64,000 nt of DNA from an uncultured virus (IMG/VR IMGVR_UViG_3300046524_000073) (IMGVR_UViG_3300046524_000073); one strand, 5' to 3'. Counted from the stretch's first letter, positions 8,454 through 17,087 are shown. Made by a program: numbers and translations. The notes: generated by a model not told the origin, from the letters alone.

Positions 8454-8705
8454 ATGGGTATGTTAATTCTGGAGCGAGACCACTTCGCGGCGATTCAATC
8501 GCGTGTTCGCGAAGAGTTTCCTGAGTTCGATGACGGCGCAGTTAGGCACGCATCCAACAAGATAACGAACGAAATTCGACGCGGCCATTTCGACGTCTAC
8601 AACATCGATGTGAGCCATGGGCCGATGGACGACAACGGCTATTACGTTCACTTCAATGTCGAAGCGAGCGGGACGACGGTTTATGTTCGGGTAACGGTGG
8701 ATTGA
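8454..8705 (+). CDS. Hypothetical protein
   Basis: 83-aa ORF 2 bp after the previous stop. Confidence 0.6.
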   Translation: MGMLILERDHFAAIQSRVREEFPEFDDGAVRHASNKITNEIRRGHFDVYNIDVSHGPMDDNGYYVHFNVEASGTTVYVRVTVD

Positions 8706-8776
8706 TCGTCGCCGATGGCGAGAATAGAGGGGTGCGTCCGAAGCGCGCAGCAGTGCCTCGGACGGGATACAACAGA

Positions 8777-8870
8777 TGCAGAGTGGCCGGATTCGAACCG
8801 GCGAGCGAAGCTAGTCCTATGACCTCGCATACCAAACCTGTCTAGGACGTCTCCTAGGCATTCACTCCAC
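8777..8870 (-). ncRNA. tRNA-like cloverleaf RNA with a non-canonical anticodon arm
   Basis: 8-bp acceptor-like stem GTGGAGTG/CACTCTGC plus A; T arm GCCGG-TTCGAAT-CCGGC; long D-like hairpin; intergenic. Confidence 0.6.
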
Positions 8871-8962
8871 GTACAGACTACCGATTGTTAAGCGTGTTTA
8901 CAGTCGCAAGCCTGTCGTCATAGTTAAATTAAATAGGATTCCTACTGAAATTACGACTGGAA

Positions 8963-9706
8963 TCAGGCCTGAATGGCTTGCAATTCTCGCTGCAATCCGT
9001 CCCAGTTTAGGCCCGGAGGAGAAATGCCAGAGTTGGCAAGCCAGTCACGCGACACTACTGCATACGCCTCGTCGCAATACTTCTGCATGAAGGCATTCGT
9101 TACCTTGACGAGCTTGCCCCAGGTCACGATCGTGAAGGCGTCTTCGTCGTAGGCAACAGCACAGATGGCATGGCCGCCCCAGCTATTCGGCTCGCTCAGT
9201 GCTTCGGGTGCTCCGGGAACAACGTCCCAAACATCCTGCGTCTGCGCCGTCAGAGGCAAAGCTACGCCCAGATAGACGCCGCCGAAATACTGCACCGACA
9301 GCCGAAGCTCGTTCAGATCGCGCGGGTTGAGCGACGCGAAGGAAACCGTATCGGTACCGATCGACGTCGGCACGCCAACGAGGCTCCAATGGCGGAGCAC
9401 ATCCATCTCTACCGCGCCTTCGTCGACCTTCGGATAGCCTGACGTAGCCGCATACAACGCCAGCGTTTCAGCGTCGGTCGGCTCGAAGTCAAAGCCGTTG
9501 TTGACCAGCCAGAGTTGAATCAGGTGATAGACGGCAGCCGCAGTACAGCAACCATGGAGGTCGTTTGCAAGCATGCCCCACGACTTGACTGCCTTCGTCC
9601 AGTCTACGGCTCGTGCGGCCTGTGCCGCCATCATGTGCTTCGACAAATGCGGCACGCGCGGGTCTGCCTTCGGCAATTGCTTGCCGAGCTTCATATGGGA
9701 ATGCAT
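8963..9706 (-). CDS. Papain-like (C1-type) cysteine peptidase
   Basis: VDW...NDLHGCCTAAA (Cys), WGGHAI (His), VTWG in place of NSWG. Confidence 0.75.
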   Translation of the reverse strand: MHSHMKLGKQLPKADPRVPHLSKHMMAAQAARAVDWTKAVKSWGMLANDLHGCCTAAAVYHLIQLWLVNNGFDFEPTDAETLALYAATSGYPKVDEGAVEMDVLRHWSLVGVPTSIGTDTVSFASLNPRDLNELRLSVQYFGGVYLGVALPLTAQTQDVWDVVPGAPEALSEPNSWGGHAICAVAYDEDAFTIVTWGKLVKVTNAFMQKYCDEAYAVVSRDWLANSGISPPGLNWDGLQRELQAIQA

Positions 9707-9707
9707 G

Positions 9708-10073
9708 TCAGGAGTTCCAGTGAAGCCAGCCGAAAGCGCGTACGCCGAGCCACATTGAATTGCGCGCGAACCACGAGACGCCGGTCACTGCCGAGGCCTC
9801 ACGGAGCACGGCATCGGCCATTGCGCGCGGAACGAGATGCGACCCATAGAGATAGTCATGGATCACGGACGCTTCGCTGGCTCGATCGCCAAAGAGCATG
9901 TAGGCGAACGGCGCTCTTGGCACCGAGGCGAAGTCAGTCACCATGCCGGCAGGTGCCGTGATGGTCATCGCAGCGACGTCAGATTGATAGACAAGCGGCG
10001 CAGTCAAGCGCCACTTACCATCGTCCTGTCCGCTGGCGTTTTCCACCCTTAGCTCGGACAGGAAAGCACTCAC
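9708..10073 (-). CDS. DUF1353 family protein
   Basis: PAGMVTDFASVPR...VIHDYLY...AD..L.EA...GV...MW.GVR.FG. Confidence 0.85.
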   Translation of the reverse strand: MSAFLSELRVENASGQDDGKWRLTAPLVYQSDVAAMTITAPAGMVTDFASVPRAPFAYMLFGDRASEASVIHDYLYGSHLVPRAMADAVLREASAVTGVSWFARNSMWLGVRAFGWLHWNS

Positions 10074-10501
10074 GATGCGACTGCGCCCGAAGCAGGAACC
10101 GGAGCGACCGGCGAACCGTACTGAAGCAACGCGGCCGACAGAGCGGTCTGGAATGCGATCAGGCCAATCTGCACGGTCATCTTTGCCGAGTCGTCAATCG
10201 GGATCAGGGCGATGACCTGGATCGCCGCAGGAATCGACGTGTTGATCAGGTTCGTGACGGTCGACGGATCGACGGATGCGCTGGCGGCGCAGACCGCAGC
10301 GTTATCAGTGACGAACTTGTCGAGTACCGCCTTTTGAACCGGGTCGGTCGTCATAGCGGCCACGGACATCGCAGTGGGCTGGACGATCGCGCACGCCTTA
10401 GAAACTTGTGCCTGGAACGTCGCGGCGTTCTGGGTGACGGATGCGCAACCGGCGAAAGCAACACAAATAGCCGCAGCAGCGGCAAGTACCAACGATTTCA
10501 T
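10070..10501 (-). CDS. Lipoprotein, candidate unimolecular spanin
   Basis: MKSLVLAAAAAICVAFAG-C lipobox; hydrophobic C-terminal helices. Confidence 0.65.
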   Translation of the reverse strand: MKSLVLAAAAAICVAFAGCASVTQNAATFQAQVSKACAIVQPTAMSVAAMTTDPVQKAVLDKFVTDNAAVCAASASVDPSTVTNLINTSIPAAIQVIALIPIDDSAKMTVQIGLIAFQTALSAALLQYGSPVAPVPASGAVAS

Positions 10502-10530
10502 GTGATTTCCTTCAGGGAGAAGCGGAGGGA

Positions 10531-10755
10531 TTACTGCGCGGGCGGAGTAGTGGGCTGCTTGCTTGCGGAACGTGCGGCCAGATAGTTCAGCGCGTAATGA
10601 GCGCCTGCCACTAGAAGGCCAGCGACCAGAGACGAAACGCTCGGCGGCACAGGGACGTGAAACGCGAGGCCGAGTGCCCACTCGACGGCGGGCATGAGGG
10701 TCGCGGTGGAGATTGCGACACCACCCGTGACAACGGCTGAGGTTTGGTTGAGCAT
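10531..10755 (-). CDS. Small two-TM membrane protein, holin-like
   Basis: Two hydrophobic segments; GGAG RBS. Confidence 0.6.
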   Translation of the reverse strand: MLNQTSAVVTGGVAISTATLMPAVEWALGLAFHVPVPPSVSSLVAGLLVAGAHYALNYLAARSASKQPTTPPAQ

Positions 10756-10768
10756 GTATGGGAACTCC

Positions 10769-10797
10769 AAAAAGAAAACCCCGCAGTAGCGGGGTTT
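10769..10797 (-). terminator. Intrinsic terminator
   Basis: AAACCCCGC/GCGGGGTTT stem with T-tract on the minus strand. Confidence 0.75.
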
Positions 10798-10806
10798 GAT
10801 TGAACG

Positions 10807-11463
10807 TTACCTGTGCTGGTTTTTCCCTCTTCGCACGGGCTCGGTTAATGCGCGATCTATTGACCAGCCAAGCCTGACAATCCTGATGTTGACTGCGCCA
10901 GCGGGAAGCCCAACTTCCCGCGCCCATGCAGTTATCGACTGAATCCGACCTTGATAATCAATCAGGCGTGTGCTTCTGCGATTTTCGGCCTGCTCGCCAT
11001 AGGTCGCCCAGCGGCAGTTGCCAGGCTTATAGCCGACTAGGTTGTCGATCCGGTCTATTGTGTGACTCAAGGATGGGCGGCGCCCCATATCGGACAGGAA
11101 CTGTTCAAAGTTGTGCCATTCTTTGCAAACAGATATGCCCTTCGCCCCATACCGATCAAACCGATTGTTTTTCTCATTTTCGCATCGAGCGATCATTGCC
11201 TTCCAGAGAAAATACTCCGGACTTGCGCTCCCTCTGGCGGTATGTCCTCGAGTTCCGTAATTTTTGGCATAGTCATAGCGCGCGCATCCGCAAGATTTCG
11301 TGTGCCCAGTGCGCAACTCGGTCAATACGAAATCGCCAATAGATCCACAATCGCATTTGGCGGTTACACGACGCTGCTGCCTACCTGGGCGCATAGGCGC
11401 TTCCGCAATGACGGTGAGGCGGTGGAACTTTTCGCCAGGGATGATATGCTTCGCAATAGCCAT
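10807..11463 (-). CDS. HNH homing-type endonuclease
   Basis: CDCG...TKSCGC, RYGAKGISVCKEW..FEQFLSDMG, TIDRIDN..GY.PGNCRWAT. Confidence 0.88.
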   Translation of the reverse strand: MAIAKHIIPGEKFHRLTVIAEAPMRPGRQQRRVTAKCDCGSIGDFVLTELRTGHTKSCGCARYDYAKNYGTRGHTARGSASPEYFLWKAMIARCENEKNNRFDRYGAKGISVCKEWHNFEQFLSDMGRRPSLSHTIDRIDNLVGYKPGNCRWATYGEQAENRRSTRLIDYQGRIQSITAWAREVGLPAGAVNIRIVRLGWSIDRALTEPVRRGKNQHR

Positions 11464-11548
11464 GCTGTCACCTTGTGTAGAAAGGTAATGGTTTGGTTAG
11501 AGCTGCATTGGTGTTGACGCACCTTTGCGGCTCGCTTATTTTATCAGA

Positions 11549-11989
11549 TTATTTCGCACTGGAAACGATCTCATCCGGTGTAAAAATGAAATCATCCCGC
11601 TTGTTTCTTTGCATGACAAAGATCGGGTACGGAAGCATGTGGATGCCGTGGTCCTTGGCGCGGTGATGTTTCTCGCACAGGACCATCATGTTGTATTCGG
11701 AGTCGATGAAATCGGACGGCTCCTTGTAGTTCGACCAGTCGAAATTCGGATGCAACGCGCGCATCTTGTCGAAGTCGATTCCGCCTGCGTCGGCCCACTC
11801 CGCGTGAAAGTGATGCACCTCTCGACCTTCTTTCGAGCCGCACACCCAACATGGCGTATCGAGAACGGCCACGAGGTGATGCTTGGTTTTGCGGAATAGC
11901 GCGGACTCCGTGCGCGGAGGATGATCCGGATAAAAGATATCCAGCTCGATCGTCTCGCGCTGCTCGTGTTCGTGTTTGATTGCGGGCAT
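11549..11989 (-). CDS. HNH-fold/Zn-binding protein
   Basis: CWVCG...EVHH...N..VLCEKHH...GIH. Confidence 0.7.
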   Translation of the reverse strand: MPAIKHEHEQRETIELDIFYPDHPPRTESALFRKTKHHLVAVLDTPCWVCGSKEGREVHHFHAEWADAGGIDFDKMRALHPNFDWSNYKEPSDFIDSEYNMMVLCEKHHRAKDHGIHMLPYPIFVMQRNKRDDFIFTPDEIVSSAK

Positions 11990-12013
11990 AAAAAAAGCCC
12001 GCAGAGCGCGGGC
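11990..12013 (-). terminator. Intrinsic terminator
   Basis: GCCCGC/GCGGGC stem plus T7 on the minus strand. Confidence 0.7.
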
Positions 12014-12034
12014 CTCATAAGAAGTGTGACGGGA

Positions 12035-12319
12035 TCAGGTGACCTGAAGCAGGAACCACTTTCGATTCGTGGCGCCAGTGCTATCGGTGATTACGCATGC
12101 GATTTCGTAGGCGATGCTGGTAGTCCCACCCGACAGCCAGAACACGACTTGCGTTCCTTCGATGACGCCAGCTTGAGATAGCGTGATTCCGGTCGGGACA
12201 CTGATAGTTGCCTGCGTCAGCGTTGCGCCGGGCGCCAACTCAGCCGCCCATTCGAACGCATAGGGAAGGTTCGCTATCGCGTCTTTCGGCGATATACGAT
12301 TGTTTGGAAGGCCAACCAT
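12035..12319 (-). CDS. Phage fibre adaptor-like virion protein
   Basis: KD....PYAFEW...V.FWLSGGT....Y.I.C.IT pattern; AGGA RBS. Confidence 0.6.
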   Translation of the reverse strand: MVGLPNNRISPKDAIANLPYAFEWAAELAPGATLTQATISVPTGITLSQAGVIEGTQVVFWLSGGTTSIAYEIACVITDSTGATNRKWFLLQVT

Positions 12320-12344
12320 GGTTAGTTCCTGGCCGTGCGGCCTG

Positions 12345-13781
12345 TTATCCGACTTTGAACACTCGTGTTTCAGGCAGTACAACGTATGTCCGTGTTTCGC
12401 CAGCGACCGTAAATAGGCGGTTCTCTGCGTAGACGTGGTAGATGTCCGCATCAAGGACGATCGGCGGAATCGAACGAGCTTCAACCGATGACGACAGCGC
12501 GCCTAGTCCGGTCGATATATAAGCGCTCTGCAAGCAGGCAAGCGAACCGGCTGACTGCAAGCCGCCTAGGGCGCCGGATGCTATGGCCCAATTGTTCGGG
12601 ACAGCAATCACTGATGCACTGGATGACAGCGCACCAAGCGTTGATCCGACATTCGCCGCCAAATTCTGTGTCGCCGATCCCGCAGCAAGCAACGAAAGCG
12701 AACTGTTTGCCGCCGCGGAGCGATGCTGCGTTCCTGTGATGCCCGACGCAAGTGCGCCGAGTGCCGGCGAAGCCGCTGCAGACGATGCCTGCACGGCCTG
12801 CCCGCTTGAAGAAAGCGCCCCTAGAACTGAAGTTGCAACTGCCGTTGTGTTCGATGTGTTGCTTGCAATGGCGCTCGACGAGAGTGCGCCAAGTGAACTG
12901 TTCGCGGTACCGGTCCGAGACTGCGCGCCAGTGCCGCCAGACGACAAGGCGCCCATCACACTCGCCGCCGAAGCTATGCGCGACTGTGATGCGACTCCCT
13001 GCGAAGACAGGCCACCGAGCGACGACATCGAAACAGCCGCTGCGGCGATTACCGCTGTCGCAGAAGATGCGAATGCCCCCAGTGTTCCGGAGGCCAATGC
13101 GGAACGGGATGAAGCGGCGGTAGCCGACGAGTTCAGACCTCCCAGCGTTCCGCTTGCGACTGCGCTATTGCTCGCCGACGCAAGCACCTTCGCAGCTTGG
13201 ACCGTGACGTTACAGAAATTCCCAGCACCCGCGTTGACCGTGGTTAGCGTAACTGCGAGGTTGAGCGTCTGACTCGCGCTGTTCGCGCTGTACGTCAGCG
13301 TCGTGAGGTAGTCAGTGGATACGCCAGCCGCTACACCAGCGGGCGTGTGCATAACCGCCGTAGCGCTGCCGTCCGACAGTGTTGCTACCAGCTTCGCCGC
13401 AGCAGTATTCGCCCCAGTGTCGCCGCCGTACATTCCCCACGCAATGACGACTGTGCGTGTCGTGGTATCGGCGGGGACGGTGAACTGAAGCCCATTGCCG
13501 ACCACCGCCGAACCTGACGCCGGGGTGAAGACCCCGTCCCCGCTGGTAGCGCTGGCGGTCGGCGTGCCGTCTGTCCAAGTGACGCTGCGTACATCGGGCC
13601 CATAACCGCCAAGCGTGACGCCAGTACCGATAGCGGTAGGCAAAGAGATGGTCGAGCCTCCGCCACTCTTTCGGTTGGGGGCGGTCGCGCTCTGCGGGAA
13701 CTGGATCCAGTCCGTCTGCGCGGGCGACGAGAGATTTACCGCGGACGTGTTGACAACGGTTGAACCGGATAGGCTACCCAC
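12345..13781 (-). CDS. Ser/Ala-rich repeat fibre-like virion protein
   Basis: N-terminal beta-rich domain followed by about 11 LG(A/G)LxS-type repeats at about 22-aa spacing. Confidence 0.7.
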   Translation of the reverse strand: MGSLSGSTVVNTSAVNLSSPAQTDWIQFPQSATAPNRKSGGGSTISLPTAIGTGVTLGGYGPDVRSVTWTDGTPTASATSGDGVFTPASGSAVVGNGLQFTVPADTTTRTVVIAWGMYGGDTGANTAAAKLVATLSDGSATAVMHTPAGVAAGVSTDYLTTLTYSANSASQTLNLAVTLTTVNAGAGNFCNVTVQAAKVLASASNSAVASGTLGGLNSSATAASSRSALASGTLGAFASSATAVIAAAAVSMSSLGGLSSQGVASQSRIASAASVMGALSSGGTGAQSRTGTANSSLGALSSSAIASNTSNTTAVATSVLGALSSSGQAVQASSAAASPALGALASGITGTQHRSAAANSSLSLLAAGSATQNLAANVGSTLGALSSSASVIAVPNNWAIASGALGGLQSAGSLACLQSAYISTGLGALSSSVEARSIPPIVLDADIYHVYAENRLFTVAGETRTYVVLPETRVFKVG

Positions 13782-13804
13782 AGTGAACCCTCAAACGTGA
13801 GTTA

Positions 13805-14368
13805 TCAGACCGCAGGCATCTTCATCGTCTGCGACACACTGACGGGGACGCCCAATTGAATAATCGGGTTAGAAATCAGGACGTCGAAAAGCTGGCCGGC
13901 GCCCTGATACGTCCAGACAGCAGTGCCGTCGGTAAAGGTCGTCGTGCCACTCGGCGTTGTGGTGCTCGACGTGCCAGCAGTCGTGCATTTGTACGTATTG
14001 CCGCTGGATGTACAGTACTGGCCAAGCACCACGGCCTGCGAGGCGATCCATGCGGAGCCGACCGTGAAGTCACCCTCAACCGTCGTGCCATCCGACTTGT
14101 AGCCGCGAGCAAAGGTGCATGAGCCCCCAGCAACCGGGTTATACGAGCCCGCCGTGAAACTCGCAGTCGCAACCATATTTGGGGTGCTGAAAGAGGGTGC
14201 GCCGTAGGCAGTAGCCGAATAGACGCCGGTGCATAACGTCGTGTTGCCGCTAAGCGCCGTTTCGGGCGTCACAGGCATCGTCCCCGTCAGGAAAACCAGC
14301 GAACCACTGTTGTAGAGGGCGCAGTAAGCGGACAGGGCTACGCCCACACCAGATTGGGAAGCGTTCAT
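13805..14368 (-). CDS. Virion structural protein with an inserted carbohydrate-binding-like module
   Basis: W.AS....G......GNTYKCTTAGTS...TDGTAVWTY insert; GGAG RBS. Confidence 0.65.
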   Translation of the reverse strand: MNASQSGVGVALSAYCALYNSGSLVFLTGTMPVTPETALSGNTTLCTGVYSATAYGAPSFSTPNMVATASFTAGSYNPVAGGSCTFARGYKSDGTTVEGDFTVGSAWIASQAVVLGQYCTSSGNTYKCTTAGTSSTTTPSGTTTFTDGTAVWTYQGAGQLFDVLISNPIIQLGVPVSVSQTMKMPAV

Positions 14369-14386
14369 TCATTGGCTCCAGAAACG

Positions 14387-14408
14387 AAAACGCCCGCACA
14401 CGGCGGGC
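14387..14408 (-). terminator. Intrinsic terminator after the endolysin
   Basis: GCCCGC/GCGGGC stem with short T-tract. Confidence 0.55.
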
Positions 14409-14463
14409 TGGATGAGTTTTATGCGTGAGACGAATATTTGACGTTTATTCGTTTGGCAGATAT

Positions 14464-14910
14464 TTACAAGGGCATGACGCCGGTTTCCATCGCCGAGCAC
14501 AAGCGCACCGCGCGAGCGCCGACTTGGCCATGCCAGTCGCTGGCCTTCATTCCGGCCGCAGCGACGGCATACGACCCCCGCTGCATGGCCGCAAGCGTGT
14601 TCTTGAAGCCAAGTAATTTACCGATACCGAGGTTGAAGCACATGTTCGCAATGACGCGCTGGCGAACCTCGTCGAGCTGGCGCCACCAAGGAAGGTTTCG
14701 GTCCAGATTGGCGAACGTGTCGGCGATGTCTTGCTCGAGCAGTTGCGTGACCTGTGCTGGCGTCAACGGGTAGGCCCAGTTCGACGGCAAAGGCTTGGCT
14801 TGCAGGTTGTGGCCGACGCCGGTTGTCTGAATGCCTTTGGTGTCCTTGTACGGCCAGTAGCGCACGCCTTCATCGCGGCGCAGTTCGGCCTCGAGAAGTG
14901 TGGTGTTCAT
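14464..14910 (-). CDS. Endolysin, T4-lysozyme-like (GH24)
   Basis: DEGVRYWPYKDTKGIQTTGVGH (E-x8-D-x5-T), NMCFNLG, W..QV..RA.RL. Confidence 0.92.
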   Translation of the reverse strand: MNTTLLEAELRRDEGVRYWPYKDTKGIQTTGVGHNLQAKPLPSNWAYPLTPAQVTQLLEQDIADTFANLDRNLPWWRQLDEVRQRVIANMCFNLGIGKLLGFKNTLAAMQRGSYAVAAAGMKASDWHGQVGARAVRLCSAMETGVMPL

Positions 14911-15209
14911 CCTTGCCCCGGCCAGCGACCATGCATAAGACCCCAGACCGCCGCCGCAAACGCGATGAACGGGCCAAACCACACAACCAGTTTCCGAAGC
15001 ACCCGCCCGGTCGCCGTGAAGAATCCAATCCCACCCTTGGCGAGCTTCAGCAGCTCGACCAGTTCCTGAGTGTTCGACTCAACACGCAACGTCGCCTCAG
15101 TGTTTGCCGATAGCTCGCCACGCCAGTCAAAGACCTGTTGCTCGATCGTGCTCATGCGTTGCTCCAGGGCGGTGATACGGTCATCGCCGTGCGGGTGTGG
15201 ATGGTTCAA
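14907..15209 (-). CDS. Holin-like membrane protein (coiled coil plus C-terminal TM)
   Basis: ATGA-coupled to the endolysin; start codon uncertain. Confidence 0.65.
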   Translation of the reverse strand: MNHPHPHGDDRITALEQRMSTIEQQVFDWRGELSANTEATLRVESNTQELVELLKLAKGGIGFFTATGRVLRKLVVWFGPFIAFAAAVWGLMHGRWPGQG

Positions 15210-15228
15210 AGGAGTGGCCCCGGAAATG

Positions 15229-15293
15229 AAAAAAGCCGCTCGAGGGCGGCTTATGGTCTGGTCTGAATGTTAAAAACCGCCCGGAGGCGGTTT
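15229..15293 (-). terminator. Tandem intrinsic terminators downstream of the GT-C moron
   Basis: Hairpins at 15229-15252 and 15272-15293 with T-tracts on the minus strand. Confidence 0.75.
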
Positions 15294-15320
15294 AAAGCGG
15301 ATGTGTGCGCTTTGTTCTGG

Positions 15321-17087
15321 TTAGTGCTGTGTATCGAACCACCATTTTGGGACGGCCACGGAATCGCCAGCTGGATTCATCGGTTTGGGAATGTCGCGCA
15401 CCGAGATGTTCGAATAGCGGTTGAACGCGGTGTTGAAGGTCTCGGCGTCGACCTTGTCGCGAAACTGATTCCAGAAGTGCCATTGCGGGACGGCGGTCGT
15501 GTAGGCGATCGACTTGAACCCGAGCCCGTTCTGCACCGCCGCAGGGAAAAACTGCTTCACGAGATACCCAGTTTTCGGATCCACTGCGTCACGCATCTGC
15601 GCCATGACGGGCGTGTCTTCACGGTTGAAGATCGGCCACGCCTGCTGCAACGGGTTGAACCGGCCAATGACCAGCGCCACGGTCACGAGTGACGCGGCAA
15701 GCAGCGGCACGGCTGGGTCGATCTTCGTGTGGCGCGCGACCAGATAGGCGGCAACGGCGAACGGGATGATCAGCAGGTCGATCAGGTTCGGCCAGAACGG
15801 GACTTCGGAGCGGGCCTTTGTCAGCATCCATCCGATCACTACCAGTGAAACGAAAGCCACGATACGCGCAGGCTTTACGGAATAGCCAAGGCGTGTCACC
15901 ACATGCACGACGAAGAAAAGCAGCAGCAAGCCCTGTGCGTACTGCATCCGGCTTGGGTGGACGTTCTCCCACAGCAGGAGTCGGCCAATGCTCGACGGGA
16001 TCGGCAGCAGTTCCCACGCCAGCATCATTGCGAGCGCGACGCCGAGAATGAGCGAACGCCGCAAAAACACGCGGTCTTTCACCGCGGCCGGCAGGTTGCG
16101 ATAGTTCGCGAAACATATGGCCAGCAGGACGAAGAACACACCGAACGTGGCGGATTCGCAGATGTTCGAATTCGGCACCAGTTCATGAAAATGCCCATCG
16201 AACATCGAGAAGGGGAACAGTTGCGAGATAGCCTGGCGCAAACCGATACCGGCGCCCGAGAAGGCGCGGCCACCCGGATACAGCGTCTTCATCGTGGCGA
16301 GCAGATAGTCCTTCAGGTAGAGCGCGGTGGTCGCAGATGCTGCACCGGCCGCGACTACTAGCCCGGCGAACGGCACGGGCCGCATCCACTCCTTTCCGTA
16401 CACGATGACGAATACCGCACCGACGAAGGCCAGCGACACGATGTACGGGGGATAAAACATCTCGATCATCATGCCGGTGAGCAGCCAGTAGAACAGCAGC
16501 AGTCGGCCCCACTTCGGAATGCGGTGCACGAATAGAACAGCCATCGCCGCGCCGTAGAGCGCGAACAGCACGCCCTTGTCGGTCCACCAGAACTGTGAGT
16601 AGGCGGTGAAGTACGAGCAGAAAGCCAGCAGGACGGACGCCGCGCGACCGGCGCCTATGACCCGGAACAGGTACGTGTAGCCAAGGATGAACAGGGCGAA
16701 TACGGCGAAGTAGTGGAAGGAGAATGCGTAGGCCGGGTTGACGAAGCGGTACAGCATCATCGTCGGCTTGAAGAACCAGCCCCAGTCGTTGATCGGCACC
16801 GCGAACGCGATGCGCATATCATCGTTGTAGGGCGACGTCTTGTTATAACGCTCGAAGTGATTGTTGACCGATCCCGCAGTCAACGATGTGATGACCGCCC
16901 ACTCATCCGACCGGATCGGGCGAGGCTCGCCAGCCACGATGCCGGTGTCCTTTGCGTGGAGCACCTGTAGCATAAGTCCGTACGACGAGGGTGACCATGT
17001 TTGCGAGACGTACACCACGCCCAGAAGCGCAATGGCGATCGGGAGCAACCATCGAAACGTGCAAAAACGCTTGATATATGTTGGCAT
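15321..17087 (-). CDS. Multi-pass membrane protein, probable GT-C fold glycosyltransferase (moron)
   Basis: More than 10 hydrophobic segments; RSDEW acidic motif in the loop after TM1; own intergenic leader and terminators. Confidence 0.7.
   Translation of the reverse strand: MPTYIKRFCTFRWLLPIAIALLGVVYVSQTWSPSSYGLMLQVLHAKDTGIVAGEPRPIRSDEWAVITSLTAGSVNNHFERYNKTSPYNDDMRIAFAVPINDWGWFFKPTMMLYRFVNPAYAFSFHYFAVFALFILGYTYLFRVIGAGRAASVLLAFCSYFTAYSQFWWTDKGVLFALYGAAMAVLFVHRIPKWGRLLLFYWLLTGMMIEMFYPPYIVSLAFVGAVFVIVYGKEWMRPVPFAGLVVAAGAASATTALYLKDYLLATMKTLYPGGRAFSGAGIGLRQAISQLFPFSMFDGHFHELVPNSNICESATFGVFFVLLAICFANYRNLPAAVKDRVFLRRSLILGVALAMMLAWELLPIPSSIGRLLLWENVHPSRMQYAQGLLLLFFVVHVVTRLGYSVKPARIVAFVSLVVIGWMLTKARSEVPFWPNLIDLLIIPFAVAAYLVARHTKIDPAVPLLAASLVTVALVIGRFNPLQQAWPIFNREDTPVMAQMRDAVDPKTGYLVKQFFPAAVQNGLGFKSIAYTTAVPQWHFWNQFRDKVDAETFNTAFNRYSNISVRDIPKPMNPAGDSVAVPKWWFDTQH

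Noticed and set aside
10070..10927. 285-aa ORF as called in the track
   Set aside because: The upstream part overlaps two other genes and a terminator; the real start is the ATG at 10501 with a lipoprotein signal.
14369..14470. Rz/Rz1 spanin genes after the endolysin
   Set aside because: Only a short intergenic region with a hairpin; no TM or lipobox ORF.
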